Positions 21,218-31,171 are shown, counted from the stretch's first letter. The stretch: DNA of 64,000 bases from Candidatus Melainabacteria bacterium 17Bon1m (GCA_032128875.1 JAVLKG010000001.1:96001-160000); one strand, 5' to 3'. Numbers and translations are program-made. The notes: generated by a model from the sequence alone, not told the origin.

Positions 21218-21257
21218 CTACGTACATGGCGCTATTGAAGTGCCTGTTATTTGTCTG

Positions 21258-22025
21258 CTATTTGCCTGTTTTGTGAAACTCTAAATAGTATTGATATGGA
21301 AGAAACTCTTTGTCGTTGGAGAGTGAATAGCCTGACTCCTTAAGTTCTGCGATCACTTCGCTTTTATCTATGCGGTGATCCTTTGGCGGACCTACTGGAG
21401 ATTTTTCCGTGAAGTCTATGATAACGAGTCTGCCATCAGGTGTCAGCGATGACTGCAAGTCTTTGAAATATTGAACACGATCGTCGATGTGGTGGAACGT
21501 GTCGACTATCAACACGAGATTCACTTTCTCAGGTAATTCAGGCTTTGATGTTTTGATTTCGAACGGAACTACATTCTTGGTGTGTTGTCTCTTCGCTTCT
21601 TCAGCCAGAAATGTAAGCATATCTTTCTCGACGTCAGCCGCGTAGATTTTTGATTCTGGTTGCGCCTTTGCGATGCGGAAAGAGAAGTAGCCTGTTCCTG
21701 CTCCTATGTCTGCGACGATGTCTTTTGGCTGAACGTGCAAAGCTTCAACAACTTGGCTCGGCATCTGCCACTTGTCGCGCGCGGGATCATCGAATACTTT
21801 TACCCAGCGTTTTGCATCTTTGAATTCGCGATGGTATCCAGCCTCGTGCCCCTTCTTGTGATGCACGTGTTCTTTTTTTTCTTCCGGTGTTTTTTCTTTT
21901 AGATTTTCTGCTGCCGCCTCTGCTGCCGGCGCGCTATCGTGCGCTTGTGTTTCTTGCGCACCAAAACCAAATGAGGCAGAAATCGTTAGTGCCAATATGA
22001 GACTAAAAGGTTGAACTGATTTCAC
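21258..22025 (-). CDS. Class I SAM-dependent methyltransferase with signal peptide
   Basis: VADIGAGTGYF and DTFHHI motifs; hydrophobic N-terminus; His-rich linker. Confidence 0.88.
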   Translation of the reverse strand: MKSVQPFSLILALTISASFGFGAQETQAHDSAPAAEAAAENLKEKTPEEKKEHVHHKKGHEAGYHREFKDAKRWVKVFDDPARDKWQMPSQVVEALHVQPKDIVADIGAGTGYFSFRIAKAQPESKIYAADVEKDMLTFLAEEAKRQHTKNVVPFEIKTSKPELPEKVNLVLIVDTFHHIDDRVQYFKDLQSSLTPDGRLVIIDFTEKSPVGPPKDHRIDKSEVIAELKESGYSLSNDKEFLPYQYYLEFHKTGK

Positions 22026-22146
22026 CGTTTAACGCACCATTCCTTTTCAAAACTTTGGTCCTATTGTAAGCGAATAAAGTTGTACGCGACTAGCGGCACC
22101 AGGTAGGAGTTCTGATTCTGAGAAGCGCCAAGCGGTTGGATTTCAT

Positions 22147-22175
22147 TTGCGTCTCGGCTTGACTTCCATTAGAAT
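22147..22175 (+). promoter_or_regulatory. sigma70-type promoter upstream of the SEC-C gene
   Basis: TTGCGT-17 nt-TAGAAT. Confidence 0.55.
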
Positions 22176-22247
22176 GCGATTCTGTCGTTTCGCCAACCTG
22201 ATATGATGGTTTAACGACATCTCTCCCTTCATTGAGAGGATAGGACA

Positions 22248-22487
22248 ATGCAATACTTTAGAGCACAAACTAACTCCTTTTGAATCGTCCAGCAAGCGAA
22301 GACGCGGGTTCCCGTCTGAGTCACGGGTTAAGCGTGGACGACGTATTGTTCATGGTGATAAAGAACTTGTAGAGAAACTCGGTCGCAAGGACTTGTGTCC
22401 GTGCGGCTCAGGACGCCGGTTTCAAAGGCTGCTGCATGACTAGCGGCCGCTTTTGACGGCATCAATCGAGATCACTACTTTAGATAA
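22248..22487 (+). CDS. Small SEC-C zinc-knuckle protein (78 aa) requiring three +1 frameshifts; alternatively a pseudogene
   Basis: AGGA RBS. Joined reading is [78 protein letters not shown]. The SEC-C motif CPCGSGxxxKxCC is complete only across the second shift. Confidence 0.75.
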
Positions 22488-22503
22488 TCGCGTTCAGCGA
22501 AGC

Positions 22504-22527
22504 GTAGGGGCGGCATAAATGCCGCCC
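22504..22527 (+). repeat. GTAG-type REP-like palindrome
   Basis: GTAG-GGGCGGCA-TAAA-TGCCGCCC. Confidence 0.55.
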
Positions 22528-22585
22528 AGCTTTGCGAAGCGAAACTTTTTGAATCCCAACATTCGTTTTGTCAAAGGAGACAAAC

Positions 22586-24169
22586 ATGATTCCACATGCG
22601 GAAATAAGAGCGAAGCATGATCGCTCATGGTCCTTTAGGTTGTTGGACGCCCTCCTTCACAGTCGACCGGAAGAAGACATCGGAGAAATTATTGAAACAA
22701 TTGCCGCGCTAGACGATCCACGGCTGGTGCCGCCTATGGTGCGTCTTTTGGAGGATGCTTCACAGCCCGCGCATCTAAGAGAATTTGTCAGCGAAGTCCT
22801 TGGGCAAATGTGCACAGGATGTTCAGAAGCAGATAGGCGCAGATGGTGGAGTTCAGGAGATCGGATTTTGCGCAGGCATGCGATTATTGAAGCTCGCACC
22901 TCTGAAGCTGACATTCTCATTCCGATAGCAAGAGATCCCAGTCATGAATTCCATCTTGATGCAATCAATAGTTTACTGTTTGGATTTGAAGAACCGGAGC
23001 AGCAGCGACTTTCTATCCAGGCACTTTCTCATCCGAATCCCGGAGTACGTATGGCAGCAGCGAACAACCTCAAATGGGAAGAACCATTTGAAGCAGAAAG
23101 TGCACTTCTCGAAGCTATTTCTGACCCAGTGTTTGACGTGGCCGATCGAGCTCTGACTACCATCTCATGGTTTCGCAGTCAGAAAGTTTTGACAGGCTTG
23201 GCGGAGCTGCGGTACTGCGCAGCTGAGGACTTTCGCGAGGAGGTAGAGGGAGTTTTTGAATGCCATAAGCAGGAATTCGAAGACGCCCTGAGCGACCTTG
23301 AAGGAGAGTCCAAAGAGTTTTTTCTGACTTGGTTAAAGCCAATAGAAAATCTAGTTTCGCTTGAGTGTCCGCGAGTCAGCGAGCAATCTGTTGAGGAATT
23401 GTCCCAACTATCTACAGAGCCTTTACCGAAGGCAAATGCTCCTGAAATTCAACGACTTAGGTCTTCCGCATTGGAGATTATGCGCTTCTATGATGATGCG
23501 GATGGCTGCTGGATTGAAAAGCAATCTTGGAATTCACCTTTTAACTGGGAAGAAGTGGGTGTTTTTGACCGACAACGACTCGCTAGATACTTCCTAAATC
23601 ATACCGATCATCTCGTTAGAGAAATGGCTTGTACACCTCTATCTCTCTGGAATTTCGGTGAAGATCTTGAAGCCTTGCTCGAAGATAGATGCGGTGGAGT
23701 AAGAAAGGCGGCTGCGTTTGCGATGCGAAGAGTAACCCCAAGTCGCTTGATTGCACTTAGTCTCTGGAATCTCTATCAGAATGTAAACAGCACAGGCTAT
23801 TGCGCAACCGAAACGCTTGAATCCTACGTCGTACATGCGCCAGCCATAGGTTTAGAAGATACCTTGTTTGAAATTGCTCAAAGCGACAGACGGCAGAACA
23901 GAAGGTCTTCGGCAATTGCCCTGTTGTGCACTCTTTATGCTGATGTGCATTTGATAAAATTGCTTGGGCTGCTCGGCGAGCCGCCGTTGCTTACTTGGGC
24001 GATTCACGCGCAACTGATTGACTATTGCGCAGAAAAACGAATCTCTACGCCTTTCTTTGCTGACCTCTCGCAAGTTGATGATCTGAATTTGCAGCGGTCG
24101 CTAGCTGGGGCTGTTCCCCATCTCCAGCCCGTTATTCTCAAGGGGGTATCATATGCAGCGAAAACCTGA
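22586..24169 (+). CDS. HEAT-repeat protein
   Basis: Repeats such as ALSHPNPGVRMAAANNL and LLEDRCGGVRKAAAFAM; AAGGAG RBS before ATG 22586. Confidence 0.75.
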   Translation: MIPHAEIRAKHDRSWSFRLLDALLHSRPEEDIGEIIETIAALDDPRLVPPMVRLLEDASQPAHLREFVSEVLGQMCTGCSEADRRRWWSSGDRILRRHAIIEARTSEADILIPIARDPSHEFHLDAINSLLFGFEEPEQQRLSIQALSHPNPGVRMAAANNLKWEEPFEAESALLEAISDPVFDVADRALTTISWFRSQKVLTGLAELRYCAAEDFREEVEGVFECHKQEFEDALSDLEGESKEFFLTWLKPIENLVSLECPRVSEQSVEELSQLSTEPLPKANAPEIQRLRSSALEIMRFYDDADGCWIEKQSWNSPFNWEEVGVFDRQRLARYFLNHTDHLVREMACTPLSLWNFGEDLEALLEDRCGGVRKAAAFAMRRVTPSRLIALSLWNLYQNVNSTGYCATETLESYVVHAPAIGLEDTLFEIAQSDRRQNRRSSAIALLCTLYADVHLIKLLGLLGEPPLLTWAIHAQLIDYCAEKRISTPFFADLSQVDDLNLQRSLAGAVPHLQPVILKGVSYAAKT

Positions 24170-24186
24170 ACTCTGAAGGAAGCGCA

Positions 24187-24618
24187 ATGGCAACCGAGAA
24201 AATTGCTGAAGAAACTGCAAAGCAAGTAGCGGACTACATGCTCACGCATGATCGCGCCAGCCGGCATCTCGGCATAAAAATCGAGAGCGTCGACGAAGGT
24301 GTTGCTGTTTTGTCGATGACCGTCCGTGACGATATGCTCAACGGATTGGACATTTTGCATGGCGGCTTCACCTTCTCGCTGGCGGATTCGGCGTTTGCAT
24401 TCGCATGCAATTCTCGAAACAGAAAGACAGTTGCGCTTAACTGCACGATCAATTTTGTTGCCGCCGCAAAGGTTGGCGATGTCTTGACTGCGACTGCCCG
24501 CGAAGTATCGCTGAGCGGCAGAACCGGTGTTTATGATGTTTCTGTGAAAAACCAGAATGGGGAAATTGTCGCCGAGTTTCGTGGGACATCATATGGCACA
24601 AGCTCGAACGTGATTTAA
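24187..24618 (+). CDS. paaI: PaaI family (hotdog) thioesterase
   Basis: MLNGLDILHGGFTFSLADSAFAFACNS and GRTGVYDV motifs. Confidence 0.88.
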   Translation: MATEKIAEETAKQVADYMLTHDRASRHLGIKIESVDEGVAVLSMTVRDDMLNGLDILHGGFTFSLADSAFAFACNSRNRKTVALNCTINFVAAAKVGDVLTATAREVSLSGRTGVYDVSVKNQNGEIVAEFRGTSYGTSSNVI

Positions 24619-24856
24619 GCGTTCTTCTGCCAAGTGCTTCTTACATATATAGGATGCAGGCAACTTTCAAAAATAAATTCCTAGACTAGGCTTCTTCGGC
24701 ATAAAAATGCTCGGATGACACGCCTGGTGGGCCGTTTTGGCTTGTTTTTGGTTGAAATTGGACTGTGTAGTCTAATTGGCTGTGGTGTTTCGAGTTGGAC
24801 TAAAAGCCTTGCTGGTGCGTCGATGGCGGTCGTTTTGGCGCTTGCGAAATTAGGAG

Positions 24857-24885
24857 TTGACAAACTAGACTGGACTGGCTAGTAT
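24857..24885 (+). promoter_or_regulatory. sigma70 promoter with an overlapping palindromic operator (24865-24882)
   Basis: TTGACA-17 nt-TAGTAT; CTAGACTGGACTGGCTAG fills the spacer and overlaps the -10. Confidence 0.7.
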
Positions 24886-24913
24886 GAATGTATGCACCGG
24901 CGAGGTAATACCG

Positions 24914-25246
24914 ATGAACCAGACAGTACTCGACCCAGCCCACCAACAATCTGTTTGCCAGCAATCCAGCCCACGTTCATCGGTATCCTCGTGCGAGGCA
25001 CCTCCATCTTCCCAGAGATGCAGCTCAGCTACCCAGGCTAAAAAGACGTGTTCTAGTTCTTATTACACTCTTTCGTTTCTAATTCCATTTACTGCAGTCA
25101 CTTCGTACTATGCAATCGATTGCAACAACTGTATGGGTGTAGCGGTGCTGACCGGAGCCCTTGCCGGTGGCTGTGGTTATACCATCTACAAATTGACCAA
25201 ATTGGTCAGGCACTCACGTTTCTCAGGACATTCGCACAGCAGCTAG
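24914..25246 (+). CDS. Small Cys/Ser-rich membrane protein, hypothetical
   Basis: GAGGT RBS before ATG 24914, downstream of the promoter; two hydrophobic segments. Confidence 0.55.
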   Translation: MNQTVLDPAHQQSVCQQSSPRSSVSSCEAPPSSQRCSSATQAKKTCSSSYYTLSFLIPFTAVTSYYAIDCNNCMGVAVLTGALAGGCGYTIYKLTKLVRHSRFSGHSHSS

Positions 25247-25503
25247 ACAGAACAGTCTCCATGAGACAGCAGGTAGGCCAGTGGGTTCGCAGGGGTGCAA
25301 CGCACTGGTCTATTTGTCTCAAGGATTCTGCAGAGAGTAAGTTGTGGTGTGAAGTCTGTAAGTAAAAGTTGATCGATGCGACAGCAAGTTCGTGGTGACG
25401 ACCGCGAACTTGTTTTGTTTGTGAGTGCAACTGGAATCGGCGCGCATCGTTGAGACGCACAACGCTGCTGAGTTATTTTTGCTCCGCGTTTTTGCTTGAA
25501 AAA

Positions 25504-26163
25504 CTAACTCGACTGCTTGCCTTGCTCGCCTGCAAACAAAACCATGTCAACTATTGAATTGATGAGCCTTTCACGCGACATAGGCATCGCATGTTTTCCG
25601 TGCATTACTTCTTGCAAAATCACAAAATTGATTAGCGCGCCATGGATGATTCTTGCAGTTGCCTCTGGATCTGAAAACCTAACTTGCTCATTTGCGCGTA
25701 AATACGCAGCCAATTTCTCGATGCCTGGTTTTACCATGTGCGAAACATAGAGTTCGGACAATTCAGGGAAGCGCCCGGATTCGCCGATGATAAGCCGGAG
25801 AAGGGAAACGTACTCCCAGTCGTCCATGCGAGAAAGTGTTATGTGTGCGATTTTGCGAATGAAACTGCGAGCATCAAGCGCAAGAAGGTCGGCGGTCAAA
25901 CCTGCAGAGACAAAATGATCGAGCAATCGATCGATCAATGCGCTGAATAAACTATGTTTGTCTTTAAAATGGCTATAGACCGTCTGTTTTGCAACGCCTG
26001 CTTCTGCCGCGATTGCGTCCATGCTTGCGGAATAACCTTGAGCAAGAAAAACTCGCAACGCGCCTTCGAGAATTTTCTCTCTCTTTTCTGATAGTCGAGT
26101 TACGTTGTCTTTGCCTTCTTCTGGCGCTCGGCTATTGGAAGTAGGTGCTGGTCGGCTGTTCAA
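25504..26163 (-). CDS. TetR/AcrR family transcriptional regulator
   Basis: KREKILEGALRVF...SMDAIAAEAGVAKQTVYSHFKDK. Confidence 0.94.
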   Translation of the reverse strand: MNSRPAPTSNSRAPEEGKDNVTRLSEKREKILEGALRVFLAQGYSASMDAIAAEAGVAKQTVYSHFKDKHSLFSALIDRLLDHFVSAGLTADLLALDARSFIRKIAHITLSRMDDWEYVSLLRLIIGESGRFPELSELYVSHMVKPGIEKLAAYLRANEQVRFSDPEATARIIHGALINFVILQEVMHGKHAMPMSRERLINSIVDMVLFAGEQGKQSS

Positions 26164-26185
26164 ATCGGCTCCGCATTTTGAGAAG

Positions 26186-26203
26186 TCATACTGACTAGTC
26201 TAG
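26186..26203. promoter_or_regulatory. Putative TetR autoregulatory operator
   Basis: TCATACTGACTAGTCTAG, 12/16 match to the palindrome CTAGACTGnnCAGTCTAG, just upstream of tetR. Confidence 0.5.
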
Positions 26204-26268
26204 CATTTGCAAATGCAGTTGTGAAGAGCTTTTCGGTTGAATTCAGCTAATGAATTCAACCAGTTGGC

Positions 26269-28419
26269 CTACTTCCTTTTCATGCTCAGAGAGATGCGTT
26301 TTCTGTCCTTGTCCACTTGCATCACGACGACGCTAACTTGCTGGTTGACCTTCACGAATGTGGATGGATCTTTGATGAATTTGTCTGCTAATTCACTGAC
26401 GTGCACTAGTCCATCTTGGTGAACGCCGATATCGACAAACGCTCCGAAGGCTGTCACGTTGGTGACGATTCCGGGAAGGCGCATGCCCTCTCTTAGATCA
26501 TTAATGCTATGAATTCCGTCGGCAAACTTCACTGGCTCTAGCTGCGAGCGCGGGTCGCGCCCTGGCTTTTCCAATTCTTTGATGATGTCTTTCAGCGTCG
26601 GGAGCCCGACTTCTTTATCGACATACTTGTTGATCTCGACTTTTGCTGTATTTGATTCATTGTTGATGAGCGCCGCTACGCTAAACCCTGCATCTTTCGC
26701 CATGCGCTCTACGAGCTCATATCGCTCGGGGTGAACAGCGCTCGTGTCCAGTGGATTTTTTGCATCGCGAATGCGTAAGAAGCCAGCGCATTGCTCGAAT
26801 GCTTTTGGACCCAAGCGAGGAACTTTCTTCAGTTGCGCGCGACTGGCGAAGGCGCCGTTTTCGTCTCTGTATTTGACGATGTTGGCGGCGATCTGTGGAC
26901 CCAGTCCGCTTACATATGAAAGCAACTGTTTACTTGCCGTGTTTAACTCTACGCCTACGGCATTCACGCAACTAATGACTGTGTCGTCGAGGCTGCGCTG
27001 TAACGCTGTTTGATCAACATCGTGCTGATATTGCCCGACACCGATTGATTTTGGATCTATTTTGACGAGTTCCGCCAGAGGGTCCATCAGTCTGCGACCA
27101 ATCGAAACTGCGCCGCGCACGGTGATATCGTAGTCGCCAAATTCTTCACGTGCAATTTCAGATGCCGAGTAGATTGACGCTCCGCTTTCATTGACGACAA
27201 CGATAGGAATATTTGGCAAGCCCGCGTCTTTGTAGTTTATGCCGCGCAAAAATGACTCCGTCTCGCGGCTGGCAGTGCCATTGCCCAAAGCTATAGCTTC
27301 TATGCTGTGCTTCTTCAAAAGTTCGATTACTTTCTGTTCTGCTTTGGAGGCTTGCGATTGATTATTTCCTTCGAAGAGCGGATAGATCACATCGTGATGA
27401 AGCAAAGCACCCTGGCGATCTAGGCAAACAATCTTGCACCCTGTACGAAAGCCTGGGTCCACGGCAAGCACTGCCTTTTGCCCAAGTGGTGGCGCCATCA
27501 GCAGTTCACGAACATTTCGGACGAAGACATCAATTGCGCCCTCGTCCGCGCGTCCTTTCAAATTTGCTCTCAACTCTGTTTCCATCGCTGGAGCGAGTAG
27601 ACGTTTGTACGAATCCTGCGCAGCTAACCTGCACTGTTCCCAGCTACGGTTGCCGCCTTTGACGAATCGGCGCTCCAGCATTTGTAGAGCTTCTTCTTCG
27701 GGCGGGTTGATTTTGAGTTTGAGAAATCCTTCCGTCTCTCCGCGCAGCATCGCTAAAATTCTATGCGAAGGAATTGAAGTGACATTTTCTGTCCAGTCAA
27801 AATAGTCTTTAAACTTCGCACCTTCTGTCTCTTTCCCCTTGACCATTAGCGATGAGAAAGAACTTCGTGCAAACCAAAACTTGCGCATTTCTTTGCGCGC
27901 ATGTTCGTCTTCTGCAATCCATTCAGCAATAATATCTCGAGCGCCCGCTAATGCATCTTCAGCCGAGGCGACGCCCTTCTCTGCATCTATATAACGCGCA
28001 GCTTCGGTCGGTGGATCTTTTGGACTGCCTGCGAATAACTCCTTTGCGAGCGGCTCTAAGCCTTTTTCTCTTGCTGCAGATGCGCGTGTTTTCCGCTTTG
28101 GTCTGAATGGTAGATAAACGTCTTCCAGTTCTGTGAGCGTGACAGCCTTTTCAATTTTTGCTTTTAGCTCATCAGTCAGTAGGTTGCGCTCGGTTAGCGA
28201 CTCGAGGATTGACTGACGGCGTTTGTCGAGCTCTTCCAGTTGCGCTTGGCGGTCGCGAATTTGCGCGATCACGACCTCGTCCAAACTCCCAGTAACTTCT
28301 TTGCGGTAGCGAGCGATAAAGGGAATCGTCGCACCTTCTGACAGAAGAGCAAGGGTGGCGCGCACCTTTGCATTTTCGAGTTTTAGCTCTGCTGCAATTT
28401 TTTCTACGTAATCGCTCAT
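26269..28419 (-). CDS. tex: Tex family RNA-binding transcriptional accessory protein
   Basis: GATIPFIARYRKE, DPGFRTGCK, SIGVGQYQHD, HhH motifs and a C-terminal S1 domain. Confidence 0.96.
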   Translation of the reverse strand: MSDYVEKIAAELKLENAKVRATLALLSEGATIPFIARYRKEVTGSLDEVVIAQIRDRQAQLEELDKRRQSILESLTERNLLTDELKAKIEKAVTLTELEDVYLPFRPKRKTRASAAREKGLEPLAKELFAGSPKDPPTEAARYIDAEKGVASAEDALAGARDIIAEWIAEDEHARKEMRKFWFARSSFSSLMVKGKETEGAKFKDYFDWTENVTSIPSHRILAMLRGETEGFLKLKINPPEEEALQMLERRFVKGGNRSWEQCRLAAQDSYKRLLAPAMETELRANLKGRADEGAIDVFVRNVRELLMAPPLGQKAVLAVDPGFRTGCKIVCLDRQGALLHHDVIYPLFEGNNQSQASKAEQKVIELLKKHSIEAIALGNGTASRETESFLRGINYKDAGLPNIPIVVVNESGASIYSASEIAREEFGDYDITVRGAVSIGRRLMDPLAELVKIDPKSIGVGQYQHDVDQTALQRSLDDTVISCVNAVGVELNTASKQLLSYVSGLGPQIAANIVKYRDENGAFASRAQLKKVPRLGPKAFEQCAGFLRIRDAKNPLDTSAVHPERYELVERMAKDAGFSVAALINNESNTAKVEINKYVDKEVGLPTLKDIIKELEKPGRDPRSQLEPVKFADGIHSINDLREGMRLPGIVTNVTAFGAFVDIGVHQDGLVHVSELADKFIKDPSTFVKVNQQVSVVVMQVDKDRKRISLSMKRK

Positions 28420-28430
28420 GCGCTGCTGAA

Positions 28431-29060
28431 CTAAACCTCCGGTCGTACCATTACAAAACGCTCTTTGATTTCGCAGTATTCCATGCCTGCCAGACGTCCG
28501 ATTGGCTGCAGGACATTGATATCGACCCGTCCGTTTTTATAGACTGATTCGTGCAAGTGCGCGCACTGAACCCTTCCCAGAACTAAATTGCCGGCTCCCG
28601 GGTGTTCGCCAAATGAGATGACTTGATGCAATTTGCACTCGAAATTGATAAGAGACTCTTGGACGCGAGGTGGCGCGATATGTGTCGATGTAGCAGCCGT
28701 CAGTCCTGCTTTTTCAAACTCGTTGACGCCATGTGCATAGCTGCCGCTGCTTTGATTCATCTGCTCGGCGACTTGCTTGCTAACGATGTTTACGACGAAT
28801 TCTCCAGTGTCCTGGATGTTCTTTAGGGTGTCTTTCGGAATGCCCTTTTGGGTTCCCTCATAAACTTCAAGCTTGAGCGCGGGCGAAAAACACAATACGG
28901 GTGGATTCGAACTTGCAACTGTGAAAAAAGAGAATGGTGCGAGATTGGCAATGCCGTCTTTGCTCAGTGTGGAAACCCAGGCAATTGGACGAGGCAATAT
29001 ACTTCCGATCAGGATCTTGTAAAACGCATCTGGTGCCGCTTTGTCGAATTCAACTATCAT
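28431..29060 (-). CDS. Flavin reductase family protein
   Basis: PRPIAWVST, NLAPFSFF and KDTLKNI motifs. Confidence 0.9.
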   Translation of the reverse strand: MIVEFDKAAPDAFYKILIGSILPRPIAWVSTLSKDGIANLAPFSFFTVASSNPPVLCFSPALKLEVYEGTQKGIPKDTLKNIQDTGEFVVNIVSKQVAEQMNQSSGSYAHGVNEFEKAGLTAATSTHIAPPRVQESLINFECKLHQVISFGEHPGAGNLVLGRVQCAHLHESVYKNGRVDINVLQPIGRLAGMEYCEIKERFVMVRPEV

Positions 29061-29102
29061 TGGACTCCTGACTCTCCTCTCACATTTTCGGTTTTCAAAA
29101 AC

Positions 29103-29594
29103 CTAATTTTCCGACTTGCAGATATCACCCATGGTGGCATTGACGGCTTTGACGTAATCGTCCGGTGCAATCAAAATTTGTTTGCCACGAACGCCCGCCG
29201 AAATCGAAACGCGCTCGTATAAAGTAATCGTTTCGTCTACGAACACCGGGTATGGCTTCTTGCAAGCAAGCGCTGTAACACCGCCGCGAATGTATCCGGT
29301 GAGTGCTTCGACTTCCTTTAGCGGAACAACCTTTACATCAGAATTGCCGCTTAGTTTCGCTAGCGCTTTTAGGTCTAAGCTCATGCTTCCCGGTACGACG
29401 CCGAGGCACACTCCGGTTTTATCGCCGCGGGCTACGAGTGTTTTGAACACTTGATCAATCGGAAAATCTATTTTCTTCGCGACAGTTTCCGCAGTTAGAT
29501 CATCCGGATCCACTTCGTATTCTCTCAGCTCATAGCTTATTTTGAGATTGTCCAGCAAGCGAACAGCGTTTGTTTTCATTGGTGCCTTGCTCAC
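29103..29594 (-). CDS. ybaK: Cys-tRNA(Pro) deacylase YbaK/EbsC
   Basis: KTNAVRLLD, VFKTLV, TGYIRGGVT and SAGVRG motifs. Confidence 0.92.
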   Translation of the reverse strand: MSKAPMKTNAVRLLDNLKISYELREYEVDPDDLTAETVAKKIDFPIDQVFKTLVARGDKTGVCLGVVPGSMSLDLKALAKLSGNSDVKVVPLKEVEALTGYIRGGVTALACKKPYPVFVDETITLYERVSISAGVRGKQILIAPDDYVKAVNATMGDICKSEN

Positions 29595-30382
29595 TTCAGC
29601 GGTTGCTGAAAAAAACTTTCCAGGTCAGATTTGCTCATTCCGCCACCAACGTCAGCGAAGTACAAAGACGCCTTGTCGTTAGTCCTTCTGTAGTCTTTCG
29701 GCACGCTGAACGAAACCGTTGATGCAGGGATGGTTTTGATAGACGTCGTAAGCAATGCAATCTCCATGTGATTTCCCTCGCGCTGACTGACACTGATAGG
29801 AAAACCACATTTTGCCGGCACCAGGTAATGCTTGCTCCAGAATTCAACGACTGCTTGATCGCATGGTGCCTTTTGCAAGCAGATGAAATCAGCGACTTTT
29901 ACTTTTTGCCCCTTCACCATTTGATAGCCGAAGTAATGGTTGCAAGGCTGACCGTCTACAGTTAGTTTGTCTAAGAGCTCAACGGACGATATATCGATGG
30001 AGGGCAGTCCGCGCCTGTTCCACGTCAGCCAGCCTTTAGCAGTGTCGCGAAAATAAACCTTGTTTTCCGAATTAAGCATATTTACTTCGTCAGGCTTGTT
30101 CTTGTCCCAAATCGTGTATCCGAACTTTGCACGGACGTTGAGCCCATCCCCGACCTTCATTGAAAAGGGTCCGAAGGTTGCGCTTCTTCCTTGAATTGCG
30201 ATGGCAGTTTTTGCACTAGTCTGAGGCTTTTGCGCCTTAGTCTGCTTAGGCGCGGCGAAAGCTACGGCTGTGGAAACAAGACCCACAGCTACAGCGCCGA
30301 ATAGAGCTGCCTTTGTGCCAAACAAGACGTATGTTCTCTTGGAAACGCGCACAGATGCCGAGACATAAGTATAAATGCTCAA
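29591..30382 (-). CDS. Hypothetical exported protein
   Basis: Signal-peptide-like segment (AVAFA-AP); start uncertain. Confidence 0.65.
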   Translation of the reverse strand: MSIYTYVSASVRVSKRTYVLFGTKAALFGAVAVGLVSTAVAFAAPKQTKAQKPQTSAKTAIAIQGRSATFGPFSMKVGDGLNVRAKFGYTIWDKNKPDEVNMLNSENKVYFRDTAKGWLTWNRRGLPSIDISSVELLDKLTVDGQPCNHYFGYQMVKGQKVKVADFICLQKAPCDQAVVEFWSKHYLVPAKCGFPISVSQREGNHMEIALLTTSIKTIPASTVSFSVPKDYRRTNDKASLYFADVGGGMSKSDLESFFQQPLK

Positions 30383-30407
30383 TAGGCAAGATGAGGCGAA
30401 TTGTGAG

Positions 30408-31004
30408 TTATGAAACCGAAATCGAATAAAGTGTTTTGGGTTTGAAAAACTGCATCAGCGGCGCGCAGTGTTCGAGAACAGAGCCGTCTTCTAGGACTTC
30501 AAATGATGCTTTGCTCGGATGGGTGGGGAATTCTTTCCAGTCATATCCATGTCGCTTCCAGCCGTGTTCTTGCCAGGGAGCGTCCGGATTTTCTCGGCTT
30601 TTCTTTATGACAAGTTCTGGTGTGGCTGTGTCGGCGAGTGATGGGATTATGTCTTTGGTGACCGCCGTAATGGCGCAAACTAGCTCGCCCTGTTCGTCAT
30701 ACTTAAATCCGTGGGAGCGTCCCTGTCCGTCTGATTTAAACAACAAGCGCTCCTGTCCGTCTTGCAAAATGCCTTTGATAAGCATGCCGCCTCGGTCCAG
30801 GTCGCAAACCAAGATGGATGCAAAACAGCCGAGCTCCGTCTTTTGCTGCAAGTCCCAGGCGTATCGATTGAGTTCTGCAAAAGCAGTTGTGTAGCGATAT
30901 GCGATTGCTTGTTGCAACAGCAATTCATTCTGCCCATACATCGATTTCGTGGACCCGACAAGGCTTACTTCGTCGATGAATCCAGAATTTTGGTCTACGC
31001 TCAT
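30408..31004 (-). CDS. Hypothetical protein
   Basis: 198-aa ORF co-oriented with neighbours; GGAG upstream. Confidence 0.6.
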   Translation of the reverse strand: MSVDQNSGFIDEVSLVGSTKSMYGQNELLLQQAIAYRYTTAFAELNRYAWDLQQKTELGCFASILVCDLDRGGMLIKGILQDGQERLLFKSDGQGRSHGFKYDEQGELVCAITAVTKDIIPSLADTATPELVIKKSRENPDAPWQEHGWKRHGYDWKEFPTHPSKASFEVLEDGSVLEHCAPLMQFFKPKTLYSISVS

Positions 31005-31171
31005 GCTCGCATCGCTCCTGTTTTAGAGGCGCAAACTGTTGTGAATGATGGCTGCCAGATGTCTAGTAAATGCTTTTGGAGGCTAGCAGTATTCAAGCTT
31101 TGGATAATGACACGAGTGTGACAAGTCGTCGGGAGCTTGCCGCGTGTCGTTTTCAGCTTTCTGATCCAGTT

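Noticed and set aside
25262-25321. Long hairpin TGAGACA...CCAGTG/CACTGG...TGTCTCA as an ncRNA
   Set aside because: It is a single copy right after a stop codon between convergent genes, so most simply a terminator or stability hairpin.
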